Below are positions 23,954 through 34,889 of a stretch of 64,000 bases of DNA, piece by piece. Position 1 is the first letter of the stretch. Each line of letters starts with the position of its first letter. Source of the stretch: Clostridia bacterium (GTDB lineage Bacteria > Bacillota > Clostridia > TANB77 > CAG-508); the NCBI GenBank assembly GCA_017528375.1, contig JAFXOY010000124.1, forward strand, positions 20,209 to 84,208. The letters are read 5' to 3'. The notes below the pieces were generated by a model that was not told the DNA's origin, did not search any database, and saw only the letters and a program-made list of their open reading frames with translations. Made by a program: the position numbers and the translations under genes.

Positions 23954-26900
23954 ATGAATAGCGAACAATATATAGAAAATATTTTATAGGCAACATCTAT
24001 ATTAACATAGCAAGCTATTAAAAATGCTAATTTTGATAAGACAATACAAGCCGTAATCATTTAGTGTACAGATCCTACAATAGGTAAATATAAAGTGCAG
24101 TATCAAGATGGTTATTGGTATGCTTATAGTGGATCTACGTAGGTTTCTTACTCTTCCGGATCGAGTGTATATATTTTAGTACCAAACGGGGATATGAGTA
24201 AGGATAAAACTATTTTAGGAACAACCAAAAAATTAGGAATAAATTATATTAATGTAATATCATAGAGGTAGAATTATATTCCAGTTGGATGCAATGTCAT
24301 TACTGAAAATGTTTAGTATAATTTATGCTCTTTCTAGGATGAAGTAATAACTTTATATGACATTAGTGCCGTATCTGAAAACTTAATAACGATAGATGCA
24401 GATGCTTTAAAAACATATATTGCTTCATCTTCTAATTTATTATTATCAATGGATGTTAAAACAACGTTGCCATTAAAACAAAGATATAATGGTAATTATG
24501 GTTTAAGAGTATATATAGACTTTAAAGATAATAATACTTAGAGTTTAATTACTAGAAGGTATGATTTAGATATTGATAATATGATTGGAAATCCTTACGA
24601 ATTAACTAATAAAACAAATCAAATTCGTATTTGTGATATTGATAGTTAGAATTTTGAAAGAATTAATAAAATAGAAATTTTTGTTTAGGATTTTCCACTG
24701 CAAGAAAGTGGTCATAATGATGATATCTTTTTATCAAACTTTAATATAACTGGAGCAATTGCATTAACATCTTAGGAAAGAAATGGAGTAAGTTTAAATC
24801 TGATTGCTAAACAAGGATATATCTTTACTTCTTCTAGCTTGGCGACAGATACAAGATAGATAGAGGCCCAGGTTAGAGTTAGAACAAGAGCGATAGATAA
24901 TTCAAGTCAAAGACTTCCATTTTACTGGTTCATTGAAGATGCTAGAATCACACCTAATAATATGTATTATAATCAATGGGGCGGACGAGGATGGAGATGC
25001 TTAAATGATTATAAAATTATTCAGTAGGCTAGTGCAGGTAATGAAGCAATTATATAGTTTAATCCAGGGAATGAGTTATTTAATATTGCTAAATAGGATA
25101 CGTTTGTAAGAACAACAAAATATAAATGTGTTGTAATTTATAATGATACAGTATTTTCTAAATAGTTTGAAATTATTAATGAAGACTGTGACTATTCTAT
25201 ATAGATAACATCTGACGAAGGAACTTAGTTTGCCTATGATATTGGTCATCCTAATTTACAATGTGTTGTAAAAAATGAAGGATAGATACAAGATCCAGAA
25301 TATTATGATTTTATTTGGGGTACGGTAGATAATGCTGGTAATTTCAATTCTCTCCCAGAAACTACCGCTTTAAATAATGATTATAATCAAGCTTTAGAAG
25401 ATTATGAAGATTTTAAAGATGATTTAATTAATGAAAATATATATTGGCAAGGTTCTTATAATGCAACTATTACAAATGAGCAACATCTAGAAGATTTATA
25501 TGCGGCGGTCCAGGCTATGGAACGCATGCAACGGGTTTCCGCCAATTTTGTATATAGTGTAGATATAGGACAAATTATAAAATTTAAAACATTTAAATGT
25601 ACTATAGTAGTAAAAGCTACTGGTATAATAGTTGGTACAGCATCTATCACTCTTGTTAATTCATTATCTGCTAATAATATGTATACATTAATAATTAATA
25701 ATGGTACGCAGGTTTTTAATTATACAGAAAATGGTGTTTCTCCAACAAATAATTCATTAGATAATCCATATGAAATTCCATAGTTAACCTTTACAGTATA
25801 TGATAACAAAGGAAAAGCTGTTGAACAGGAATTTAATTATGACGAGATAGAGTGGATAGTGCCCATTCAAAACACCATGTTAAATATTGATGGTAACTAT
25901 GATGGAGAACCAAATGAAGATGAAACTAAAATGATTTATAAAAATTATAAAGTTTTTAATTATAATATTTTAAATCAATATTTTGCTAATAAAACATAGA
26001 ACAATATTTAGTTAAAAGTTTCATACAATGGACTTACTTTAGTTGCATATACAAATCTTAATTTTATTAAACAAGGAAATTCAGGTACTAATGGAACTGA
26101 TTTTCAAGTAAGAATAGTACCAAATATTGCAGATGGATATGATTAGCTTACTGATTATCCTATTGTTACAATTCCATATGGAGGAGAGCCAACAACAAAC
26201 TGGACTCATGTAGATGGAACTCATAACGGCAGATGGTTTAAAGTATAGTTTTGGCATAATGGAAATAAAATTTTTAGTGGAAATTAGGCAACTGGTTCTA
26301 CAAGAACATAGGAAGATAAACCTATTAGAGTTACTTGGAGCATTTTAAAGAATAAATATACTCATTCAAATTCAGATGTTTCATGTTTAACTATTAACTA
26401 GGATACTGGATCTATTGTTTATAATGATTCAAATTTATTAAATGTTCCAGCAAATATTGTAAAAGCAACAGTTGTTTATGATGGGCTTACTTATTATGCA
26501 AATATGCCAATCATTACTGTTAAACAGTTAAACAGTGGAGCGGCTTCATATTATGCAAAGCTTAAAAAGAATACTGGTTTTAGATAGGCTGTTTATAAAA
26601 GTAGCGGTACAAAGCCATCTTATGATAATCATAATCCTTTTGAGATTGTTTTAACTAAAAATTTAAGCAACGGAACTTATGAAAATATATCTGTAAATAC
26701 GGTATTAGATCCTCCTACATATACGTGGAGTTATGTTGGAGAATATTATAATAAAGCAACAAACCAATCTGTTAGTTTAAGTCATTTAATGTCTGCTATT
26801 GGTGCAGCACAACCCGCAATAAATCAAAAATGGGTAAAACCAACAGATAACTATGATGGACAGGTTATTAATAATGCTATTATTGTTAATATTGCCGTTG

Positions 26901-29900
26901 CAGGGTCAGATAAAATATTAATGCATATTCCAGTTCATTTAATGTTAAATAGATACGAACAATCTGCTTTAAATGGTTGGGATGGAAATAATGTTTAGCT
27001 TGGTGGTACTAATGGTGGTATGATTCTTTCTCCACAGATTGGTGCCGGTATCAAGTAGATGGATAATTCTTTTACTGGAATGGTAATGGGAAAAGTTAAA
27101 GACAGTTCTAGTACTGATCTTGATATGGAAGTTGGTTTGTTTGGATATGACCATGGAGAACGTACTATTTTCTTAGACGCAGATACCGGAAAAGCTTAGT
27201 TTGGAAAAAATGATAGCGGTAAAATTATTATTGATCCGAGAAACAGTCAAGCAGTAATCTAGTCTGGGAATTATTCACCTGGAAGTGGAACAACACCTGG
27301 ACAGGGAATGCAAATTAATTTAACGACTCCAAGTATTAATTTTGGGTCTGGAAACTTTTCAGTTGATCAATATGGTCATGTAACTTTGAAAGGTGCCACT
27401 TTAACAGGAAATTCAACTACTATTGAAAATCTTGATAGTTTATTAGCTAATTCGCAAACAATTGCAGATTTGTAGGAGCAAATATAGGGTACAACTCAAG
27501 TTTGGTCTGGTACAGGTGTTCCTACATTAAGTAATTATCCTGCAAATCAATGGACTACAACTCAAGATAAACGTAATCATGTTGGTAATTTATATTTTTA
27601 GAGCGATGGAGATTGCTATAGATTTTTATAGACAAGCGCTAATGTATTTGAGTGGGTTCTTATTCCAGACTCTAGCGCTTAGGCTTTACAAACTGCAAAC
27701 GACGCTTTACAAAGAGTTACTGAAATTTATGATGCTGATACTGCCAGCGGTTTATTAATTACTGACTACTATACTAAAAATTAGACCGATACGTAGTTAA
27801 CTGCGGTTGAAGGAAGAATTAATAGCACGATGTCTTCTAATTATACATCGAAGGCTTAGTTTAGAAGCAGCCGCTATGATAATTTATTACCATATCCTTA
27901 TTATGAAACAACTCATGTAGATAATGGTATTACATGGACCGATAATGGAGACGGTACTATTACTGCAAATGGTACGGCGACAGAAGATTCTCAATTTTAT
28001 TTTACAAAAACATTTGCTGGTTATGAATTTTTTACAAATGAAGATATATATACAATAAGCACTGGCGTTGCTGGTTGTTCTTCTTCAACATATTTTATGA
28101 TGGGATATGCTGGTAACACAGAAAGTGACGGACAGTATTTTACATCACTTACAATCAATGGAACAAGCGCATATGGTAATGAATATACAATAGACACTTC
28201 TGGTTACAGTAGGTTTGGAAGATTTTATCTTAAAATTAAAAGTGGTGTAACTGTAACCAATCTTAAATTTAAACCAATGTTAGAAAAGGGGTCTATAGCA
28301 CATGATTATATCTCATATGCAGATTCTATGGGTGGAGTAAAAGCAGAAGTAACAATTACAGATAATAAAGTTTCTTCTTTATAGCAAACTGTAGACGGAT
28401 TTCAGACAACAGTTAGTTAGACATATGCAACAAAAGTATAGGTTAATCAAAACGCTGATATTATAAACTTACTTCCAGCTGTATATCATGTAGAAAATGA
28501 ATTTGGAAATCCATATACGGCTTCAGGACTTACTTGGACTCTTAATAAAAATGGTTCTGTTACCGTTGAGGGGACGGCTACTGCAAATGGAACTTATAAT
28601 TTTCCTGGCTATAGTTTAAGTACAAACGTTTCACCTGTATTATTAGACTCTGGAAAAAAATATCGTGTACATGGTTGCCCTGCTAATGGTTCAACATCTA
28701 CGTATAGAATTGTAGCAAGATGTTGGACTTCTTCACAAACTCCCGATGGAACAGGTGGAACAACTTATAGTGATACTGGAAGCGGAGTAACAGTTCCTAC
28801 TGGATATAGATATATGCAAGTTTATGCAATTGTCTATTCAGGTTATACTTGTCCTTCTGGCGGATTAACATTTTATCCAATGGTTTAGATAGGAGAAGTG
28901 GATCATATGTATGTATCTTCTCATAACGTTGGCTCATTGGCGACTCGTATGAAAACTGCATAGTCTTCCATCACACAAAATGCAAATAATATTGCATTAA
29001 AGGTTTCTACTACGGATTATACTGGAGCAACAATAGCAACGTTAATTAATCAAAGTGCTGATACAGTAACTATTAAGGCTCCTCATATTGAATTAAGTGG
29101 AACAGATATTGCTGGAAGAATTAATGATTCTTAGGTACGTATAGATGCAGATAGAATTAATTTAAATGGTGCCGTTACTGCAAATAATTATTTTAAGATT
29201 AATACAAATGGAAGTATACAGGCAACGGGTGGAACGATAGGTGGTTGGACCTTGGCTTCAAATGCTTTATATAACGGTACAAATAGTATGACTAGTACAA
29301 CTGTTGGGACATATATTGGAACAGGTGGTATTAGACAATATAAATCTTCATCTGCTTATGTAAATATTAAGGATGGCGTTATAACTGCCGTAGGAGCTAG
29401 TATTTCTGGCGCAATTACTGCAACTTCTCTTAGTTTAGGGTCAGGAGTAACAATTGCGGCAGGTAAGGTTTCAGGTCTTTCTACTGTAGCCACTTCTGGA
29501 AAGTATACTGATCTTTCTAACACTCCAAACCTTAGTGTTTATGTTCAAAAAGATGGAACAATAGGAAGTACTCCTGCGGCTGGAGCAACTGGATTTAAAG
29601 TGTCTTCTGCTGGATTGCTAACATGTAGTAATGCGGTTATTTATGGTACTGTTTATGCTTCCGCGGGAAAGATAGCAAATTGGACTATTAGCGGAAATAT
29701 GCTTGAATGTATAACCAATAATACCTCTGGGACGCAATATCGTACGTATGTAAATGGAACAAGTGCAATAGGATCAGTTTCTAGTAATGGATCTTTTGGA
29801 GTTCAACATAGGGCTTCGTCAAGTGCTGGTTGGGTTAATGATTTTTATGTTTTAGCTAATGGCGCTTTATATGCAAATAATGCAGATATAACTGGTAAGA

Positions 29901-30742
29901 TTACAGCTTCTTCTGGTACAATAGCAGGCTGGACCATTACTTCAAATCAGATATCTAAAAACGTAACACTTAGCGGTAGTACATATCAAGCTTTTATTTA
30001 TGCTCCAGCTAGTCCGGGGGCTGGCACTGCAGCTTTTGGAGTAAGTAAAACTACAGGATCTACTACAACTTATCCGTGTTATATTCGGTATGATGGCGCT
30101 TTAGTTGCAACAAGCGCTATAATTACAGGAGGATCAGTAAATATTAACGCGTCTTCTTCAGATTTTCAATATATACAATTAAAGTATACGACATCTAAAT
30201 TATCTGCTACAATGGCTCCTAATTTTATAATGATGGACGATGGTGTTAACTATGTTACCACTCATTTACGAAACAGTGGAGTAAGGATACACACTGATTG
30301 TCAACTTGTTGTTTCTGGGGCTTCAACTCATAATTGCTATCTTTAGGTATACAAGCCTGGTGCCTCTGGTATAGCGAATGCAAACATAGGAAAATCATAT
30401 TTAGATATTAATTATATTAAATATTATGATAGCTGCACAAATGTTTCTGATAAACGTTTTAAAACTAATATTAACCCAATCTCTTATGAGCAAGCGTTAA
30501 ATTTTGTTATTAATGCTAAACCAGTATCTTATGAATTAATTGATTCACCTTTAAATGTCCATCACGGAATGGTTGCTCAAGATATTAAAAAATATGTAAA
30601 TATACAAAAAAATTGGGGTCTTGTTCAAGAAGACGGAGATGGATTTTTATCTTTAAATTATATTGAAATGATTCCTGATATGATTGTTGTGATGCAACAA
30701 TTGGTTAAATAGATAGAAGAACTAAAAGCGAAAACAACATAA
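23954..30742 (+). CDS. Giant tail tip / receptor-binding protein, about 2262 codons, with C-terminal S74-type intramolecular chaperone domain
   Basis: ATG 23954 follows AGGAGG. Track ORFs 25517, 26789, 28097 and 29252 all lie in frame 2 and are joined only by TAG (about 55), ending at TAA 30740-30742. The C-terminus (SDKRFKTNI..HHGMVAQDI..LNYIEMIP..IEELKAK) matches the tail-fibre/endosialidase chaperone domain. The N-terminus has an OB-fold hub-like motif (KYKVQYQDGYWYAYSG..VYILVPNGD). Confidence 0.65.
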
Positions 30743-30752
30743 GGAGGTAATT

Positions 30753-30977
30753 ATGTTTTTTATTTTGGAAACACAAGTAGATTAGAGTGGTAATGGAGCA
30801 ATCCTTCCTGCTGTAACAAAACAGAATAGGAATTAGGCGGAAGCAGCATATTACAGAATTTTGCAATACGCAGCCGTTTCTAGTGTTTATAAACATGGAG
30901 CAATTATATTTAATGAAGATTGTATGCCAATTATGTATAAAGTATACGATCACGAAAAAGAAGAAGAAGAAGAGTAA
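30753..30977 (+). CDS. Small hypothetical protein (74 aa)
   Basis: ATG 30753 follows AGGAGG. It has 2 in-frame TAG and ends at TAA 30975-30977. Confidence 0.45.
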
Positions 30978-31002
30978 TTAAATAAAAGGAGATAAAAGGA
31001 TT

Positions 31003-31206
31003 ATGAAAGAACAAGATTTTGATATTATGTACAACGATTATTTACAACAACTTGTTGATATTATAAATAATTCTGGTATGCCATTGACAGTAACTGCCAA
31101 TGTTTTAAAAGATTTATTAAATCAAGTTACTTCTAGCTTACAAGAAAAATTAGATAAACATCAAAAAGAAAAAGAATAGGCACAGAAAAAAGAAAAAGAA
31201 AATTGA
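31003..31206 (+). CDS. Small hypothetical protein (67 aa)
   Basis: ATG 31003 follows AGGAG. It has 1 in-frame TAG and ends at TGA 31204-31206. Confidence 0.45.
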
Positions 31207-31279
31207 TTAATTTGTTTCAGGACAACCACAGATAATTAATTTTCTTCTTTTTAGAATATAAAAGAAGGAGGGAATGAGA

Positions 31280-31693
31280 AATGCTTGAATTGTTTAATCA
31301 ATTTACTTTATAGCAAATAATAGTATTTATTATATTATTAGCATTAGCCATTAAGGGATGTGTTTCTTTTTTTGATTGGATGACAGGAAAAAATAAAGAT
31401 ATAGCAAAAAAAATGAATAAGTCAATTGAAATATAGACAAATATTGAAAAACATACTTATTAGATTCAAAACATTAAAGATTCAATATCAAGCCTGGCAA
31501 GTAAAATAGATTTATTGGTAATGAGTGATAGGGACGCCATTAAAGCCTTTATCACTCGTTAGCATCATTATTTTTGCTACCAAAAAAAATGGATTGACGA
31601 TTATAGTTTAGATTGCATAGAGAGACGATATGTACACTATAAAGAAGAATAGGGCAACTCTTTTATAGATGGGCTTATGGAAGAATTACGTAA
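31280..31693 (+). CDS. Membrane-anchored small protein (holin-like or lysis-associated candidate)
   Basis: ATG 31280 follows AGGAGG. An N-terminal hydrophobic helix (IIVFIILLALAI) is followed by a coiled-coil-like segment. It has 5 in-frame TAG and ends at TAA 31691-31693 (counted codon by codon). Confidence 0.45.
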
Positions 31694-31729
31694 TCTACCG
31701 AAAAAGCCTATGGGATCTGAAGACTAAAA

Positions 31730-31793
31730 ATGCGGGCGCCGGTGTAAGAATATATTAACCTAGATAAATTCTTACATATACCGGCGCCCGCAT
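31730..31793. terminator. Large GC-rich hairpin at the convergence point of the two modules (bidirectional terminator candidate)
   Basis: ATGCGGGCGCCGGT-GTAAGAAT pairs with ATTCTTAC-(ATAT)-ACCGGCGCCCGCAT across a 16-nt loop. A T-run follows on the minus strand. Confidence 0.6.
31775..31792. repeat. 18-nt exact repeat CATATACCGGCGCCCGCA (copy 1, right arm of the hairpin)
   Basis: An identical 18-mer recurs at 53834-53851. Confidence 0.9.
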
Positions 31794-31799
31794 CGTTCG

Positions 31800-32288
31800 T
31801 TAAAAAGCGCTTCCATGCTATAAAACATAAGCATTTCCTATACAAATAGCATCACTTATATCATCATTAACATCTATATTATATTTTTTCTTAACAAGAT
31901 TTTTACTAGCTTGTTTTAATGTTTCTCGTTTAATCCCCCGCCCTGTCTTTATTCCACAAATCTTTCTCCACTAACTTGGTATATAAAACTAAATTTTTTG
32001 TTTATTTTTATTTAGCTCTATTGCAATTGCAGCTTGTAAATACATTAAAGCTTTAAAGGTTACTTGGTTATGTCTAACATCCTATGGAAGAACCTCTTCC
32101 ATAATAACATCGGTTGGATTGTATAAATCATATAACTATCTAATTCTTTTTACTGTTTTCTATATTCTTGTTAATGTATTACCAGAAACAGCAATACATT
32201 CATAATGAACCAGGGTGGTATTATCAAAAATTGCTACTCCAGAACTTGTAGTACTTCCATCTATTGCTAAAACTTTTATTTTACTCAT
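31800..32288 (-). CDS. ruvC: RuvC-like Holliday junction resolvase (TAG read as sense)
   Basis: ATG at 32288 follows GGAGG and the ORF ends at TAA 31800-31802. Six in-frame TAG were each frame-checked. Motifs: VLAIDGSTTSSG, MEEVLP, WRKICGI, DDISDAICIG. Confidence 0.7.
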
Positions 32289-32309
32289 TTCATGCCTCCT
32301 TATATTCTA

Positions 32310-32338
32310 AGTATAGCATAAAATTTTTAAAAAGTCAA
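32310..32338 (-). promoter_or_regulatory. Sigma-A type promoter upstream of ruvC-like gene
   Basis: On the minus strand: TTGACT, a 17-nt spacer, then TATACT. Confidence 0.6.
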
Positions 32339-32346
32339 AATTTTGA

Positions 32347-32377
32347 GCAAAAAAATAAGATGGCTTACGCCATCTTA
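32347..32377 (-). terminator. Rho-independent terminator after dut exon 2
   Basis: TAAGATGGC / GCCATCTTA stem with a 4-nt loop, followed by T7 on the minus strand. Confidence 0.7.
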
Positions 32378-32378
32378 A

Positions 32379-32576
32379 TTAATTAGTTCCAGTTGAACCA
32401 AAACCTTCTTTGCCTCTATTGGTGTCATTTAAATCATCAACTTCTTCAAATTTAATATAAATTTGTGGCATCAAAATAAATTGTGCAATACGCTCTCCAG
32501 AATTAATAACTTGAGGATCATTAGAATCATTGTGTAGTGCTACAATAACTTCTCCACGATAATCAGAATCAACTAC
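32379..32576 (-). CDS. dut: dUTPase exon 2 (VVDSDYRGE...GFGSTG)
   Basis: Track ORF 32379-32579 carries dUTPase motifs 3-5 (DSDYRGE, GERIAQ, RGKEGFGSTG). The exon is predicted to start at 32576, just after the intron-terminal G. Confidence 0.75.
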   Translation of the reverse strand, partial: VVDSDYRGEVIVALHNDSNDPQVINSGERIAQFILMPQIYIKFEEVDDLNDTNRGKEGFGSTGTN

Positions 32577-33715
32577 CATTTTGTTACCTTAAAGGCTTTT
32601 TATCCTTTAATTCTTATAATTTCTTATAAGTTCAGCATATCTTTTCACTCTTTAAGTGCTGCGGCCTCGTGGTAGGATTATATCTTTTCACCTACTATGC
32701 GTTGCCCCTGACTATACTTAATATAGCCTTCGGTTCGGATTAGCATATCATTTTGACTTAGCCTTCCCGCTTAATTCCGCAGTTTAATGTCGGCGTTATT
32801 TTTCTATAAAAGAACTTGTTTCAAGTAATAAATCTTCTAATTTTAAATCTTTATAATGTGTATAAGGTATTCTTATTAAAGGAATATTATTTTTTTTACA
32901 CCACTAAGATTTTAATAAATCGTGCTTATGAGTGTATTCATAATCAAAAATACTATCTTTTTTAAAATGCTGTTCTCCGTCATATTCTATAAGATATTCA
33001 TTATTAATAAAAAAATCAAAAGGTAATTCTTTTATATCTTTACAAGTAGCAAATTTTTTCTAAATCTAATAGGATATATTTGCTGCATCTAATATATCTG
33101 CAATTTTAACATTGCCTTTTGATATATTTGAATGTAATCCACAACTTAAGCTTCTACCAGATCGTAGAGATGTTCCTAAAACATCTTTTTCTGTGCCACA
33201 TTCACATTTACAATGCCAATAAATAACTCCTCCTGTATTTCTTTTATCTGTTTTATATAAAACAGTCCATTTACCAAAAACTTGTCCACAAATATCTATT
33301 TCTGTAGTATGAGAAGTGTTGTGTTCTTTACCTTTTAAATTTGAATCATACCAAATTTTTGTAATCATTCCTCTAGATACATTAAATTTTTTAGCTAATT
33401 CTGTAGATGTCATATCCTAATAATGCTATTTAATAAAATTTTTATCATTTTCAGATAACTTATATTCCTTATTTGAGTTTACATCATATCCAATTTTTTT
33501 TGCATGATTTAAAATTGAAGTTTTATTACAATTATAAAGTTCTGCCATTTTACGAGAACTTTTTAAATTTTCATAGTTTTTTATAAAATCTTCATTAGAA
33601 CCAAAATTAATTTTTTTAGCCATATTATATTCTCCTTTTTATTATGATATTATATTTAAAAAATATATAAGCCAAAATAATCAGATTTGTCCAATGAAAT
33701 CAAAATATTTTATTC
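32577..33715 (-). mobile_element. Group I intron (about 1139 nt) interrupting dut and carrying an endonuclease ORF
   Basis: The two dUTPase halves are separated by 1.1 kb. Exon 1 ends in U (..GTC GGT) and the intron ends in G (..AACAATG). GCCGAC at 32789-32794 (minus strand) can pair with the exon end GUCGGU, giving a U-G wobble. AAGATATAATCC at 32675-32686 (minus strand) resembles the conserved group I S element AAGAUAUAGUCC. The proposed CUGCGG/CCGCAG (minus-strand) pairing is long-range. Confidence 0.6.
32796..33623 (-). CDS. Intron-encoded homing-endonuclease-like protein (2 HTH, Zn-ribbon module, Vsr/PD-(D/E)XK-like nuclease); TAG read as sense
   Basis: Track ORFs 33426-33623 and 33066-33413 share a frame. 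With 5 in-frame TAG (frame-checked) the ORF runs to TAA 32796-32798. Motifs: WHCKCECG..SCG, FDFF..LIEYDGEQHF..IPLIRIPY. Confidence 0.65.
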
Positions 33716-33964
33716 ACCGACGCAATTAGTAGGTCGTAATCCCATTTTTGTCGCCAATCCGCTTCTTGCAAAAATCGCCCCCCAGTATCCATCAGGAATT
33801 TCCATTGATAATCCAGTTCCAACTTTTACTGTTTCATGCGGATGTATCCAAATTGGAAAATCTGTTGCTGCATATAAATCATAACCTGCGGCAGTTTCAC
33901 TACCGTGAAGGGGAGTTTTTGCTAAAACATTTAATTTTTTAATCCTTATCGTCTGATTACTCAT
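33716..33964 (-). CDS. dut: dUTPase exon 1 (MSNQTIRIKK...GLRPTNCVG)
   Basis: Track ORF 33710-33979. The likely start is ATG 33964, which overlaps the upstream stop. dUTPase motifs 1-2 are present (AAGYDLYA, ARSGLA). Joined to exon 2 the protein is about 148 aa. Confidence 0.75.
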
Positions 33965-34211
33965 AATCTGCCTCCACATATTCTGGTTCTAACTGACAAT
34001 AAGGTTCTTTCTCATCACAAAACTCTTTAGTAATTAAAACACGCCTCCACTCGTCAACAATTTCTCCCTTTTGTTTAAGAGTTTTAATTTCACTACTAGA
34101 TTTTGTAACAGTATACTGATTATTTTTCTTTGCTTCTTCAATCAATTTTCTTGCTTCTTCTTCTGAATCACATCGATACTGTTCAGTTACTTTAATTAAA
34201 TATCTACTCAT
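33957..34211 (-). CDS. Hypothetical protein (84 aa)
   Basis: Intact track ORF with a GAGGAG RBS. Confidence 0.5.
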   Translation of the reverse strand: MSRYLIKVTEQYRCDSEEEARKLIEEAKKNNQYTVTKSSSEIKTLKQKGEIVDEWRRVLITKEFCDEKEPYCQLEPEYVEADYE

Positions 34212-34222
34212 TTTATCTCCTC

Positions 34223-34462
34223 TTATTTATTTATATAAATATTAATATTACTATATTTTGTTTCAATTGGTTCTATAATTTTTTTGATATAATCTGGTTG
34301 TCCAAAAAGATGAATTTCTGTTAAACCTTCTAAAGACATTAAAAAATTAGATAGTTCAGATAAATCAGTATTTACTTTTCGAAACCCTGAAAACTATTTT
34401 TTTTCACTTATAAACACTGTTTGATTAACAGTAAAAGGATCAATTCTTACAACAGCCTACAT
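34223..34462 (-). CDS. Hypothetical protein (79 aa) with TAG as codon 2
   Basis: ATG 34462 follows GGAGGG. There are in-frame TAG at 34457-34459 and 34394-34396, and the ORF ends at TAA 34223-34225. Confidence 0.4.
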
Positions 34463-34474
34463 AATTATCCCTCC

Positions 34475-34864
34475 TTAGGTTTCTATTACAGCGTTGTCAT
34501 ATGGGAATAAATAATATGCGTGTGATTCTCCATCTATTCTAATCCAAATTTCAAAATTACCATCTTCTTGTTCTTCAATAGAAAGAACTTCCCCCCTATC
34601 AGTACAACATCCCAAACATTCTCTTGCTGCCACTCCAGGAGGGTTTTCATTTTGTTTGTTTTGGTTATACATATGAAAAATTGTAATATCACTTAATTCT
34701 CTACAATAGAGCATAGCATAAGCATCGCATTTCCAGTTGAGAAAATCTTCAATCTTTTTTTGTGCTGATGCTAGCTCAAGATGAGTCATTGGTTTAAAAT
34801 GCTGTTCACTATTCATAAGTTGTTTATTTGCATCATATAGTGTTCCCATAGAAATTTCTGCCAT
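34475..34864 (-). CDS. Hypothetical protein (129 aa)
   Basis: Intact track ORF with an AGGAG RBS. Confidence 0.5.
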   Translation of the reverse strand: MAEISMGTLYDANKQLMNSEQHFKPMTHLELASAQKKIEDFLNWKCDAYAMLYCRELSDITIFHMYNQNKQNENPPGVAARECLGCCTDRGEVLSIEEQEDGNFEIWIRIDGESHAYYLFPYDNAVIET

Positions 34865-34889
34865 ATTTTTTCTCCTTTATAATATTTTA

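Noticed and set aside
1-31693. The fragmented plus-strand ORFs could mean a decayed prophage full of pseudogenes, or a poor assembly with frameshifts.
   Set aside because: The fragments of each gene stay in one frame and are interrupted only by TAG, never by TAA or TGA. RBSs, terminators and conserved domains are intact. This is the pattern expected of codon reassignment, not decay.
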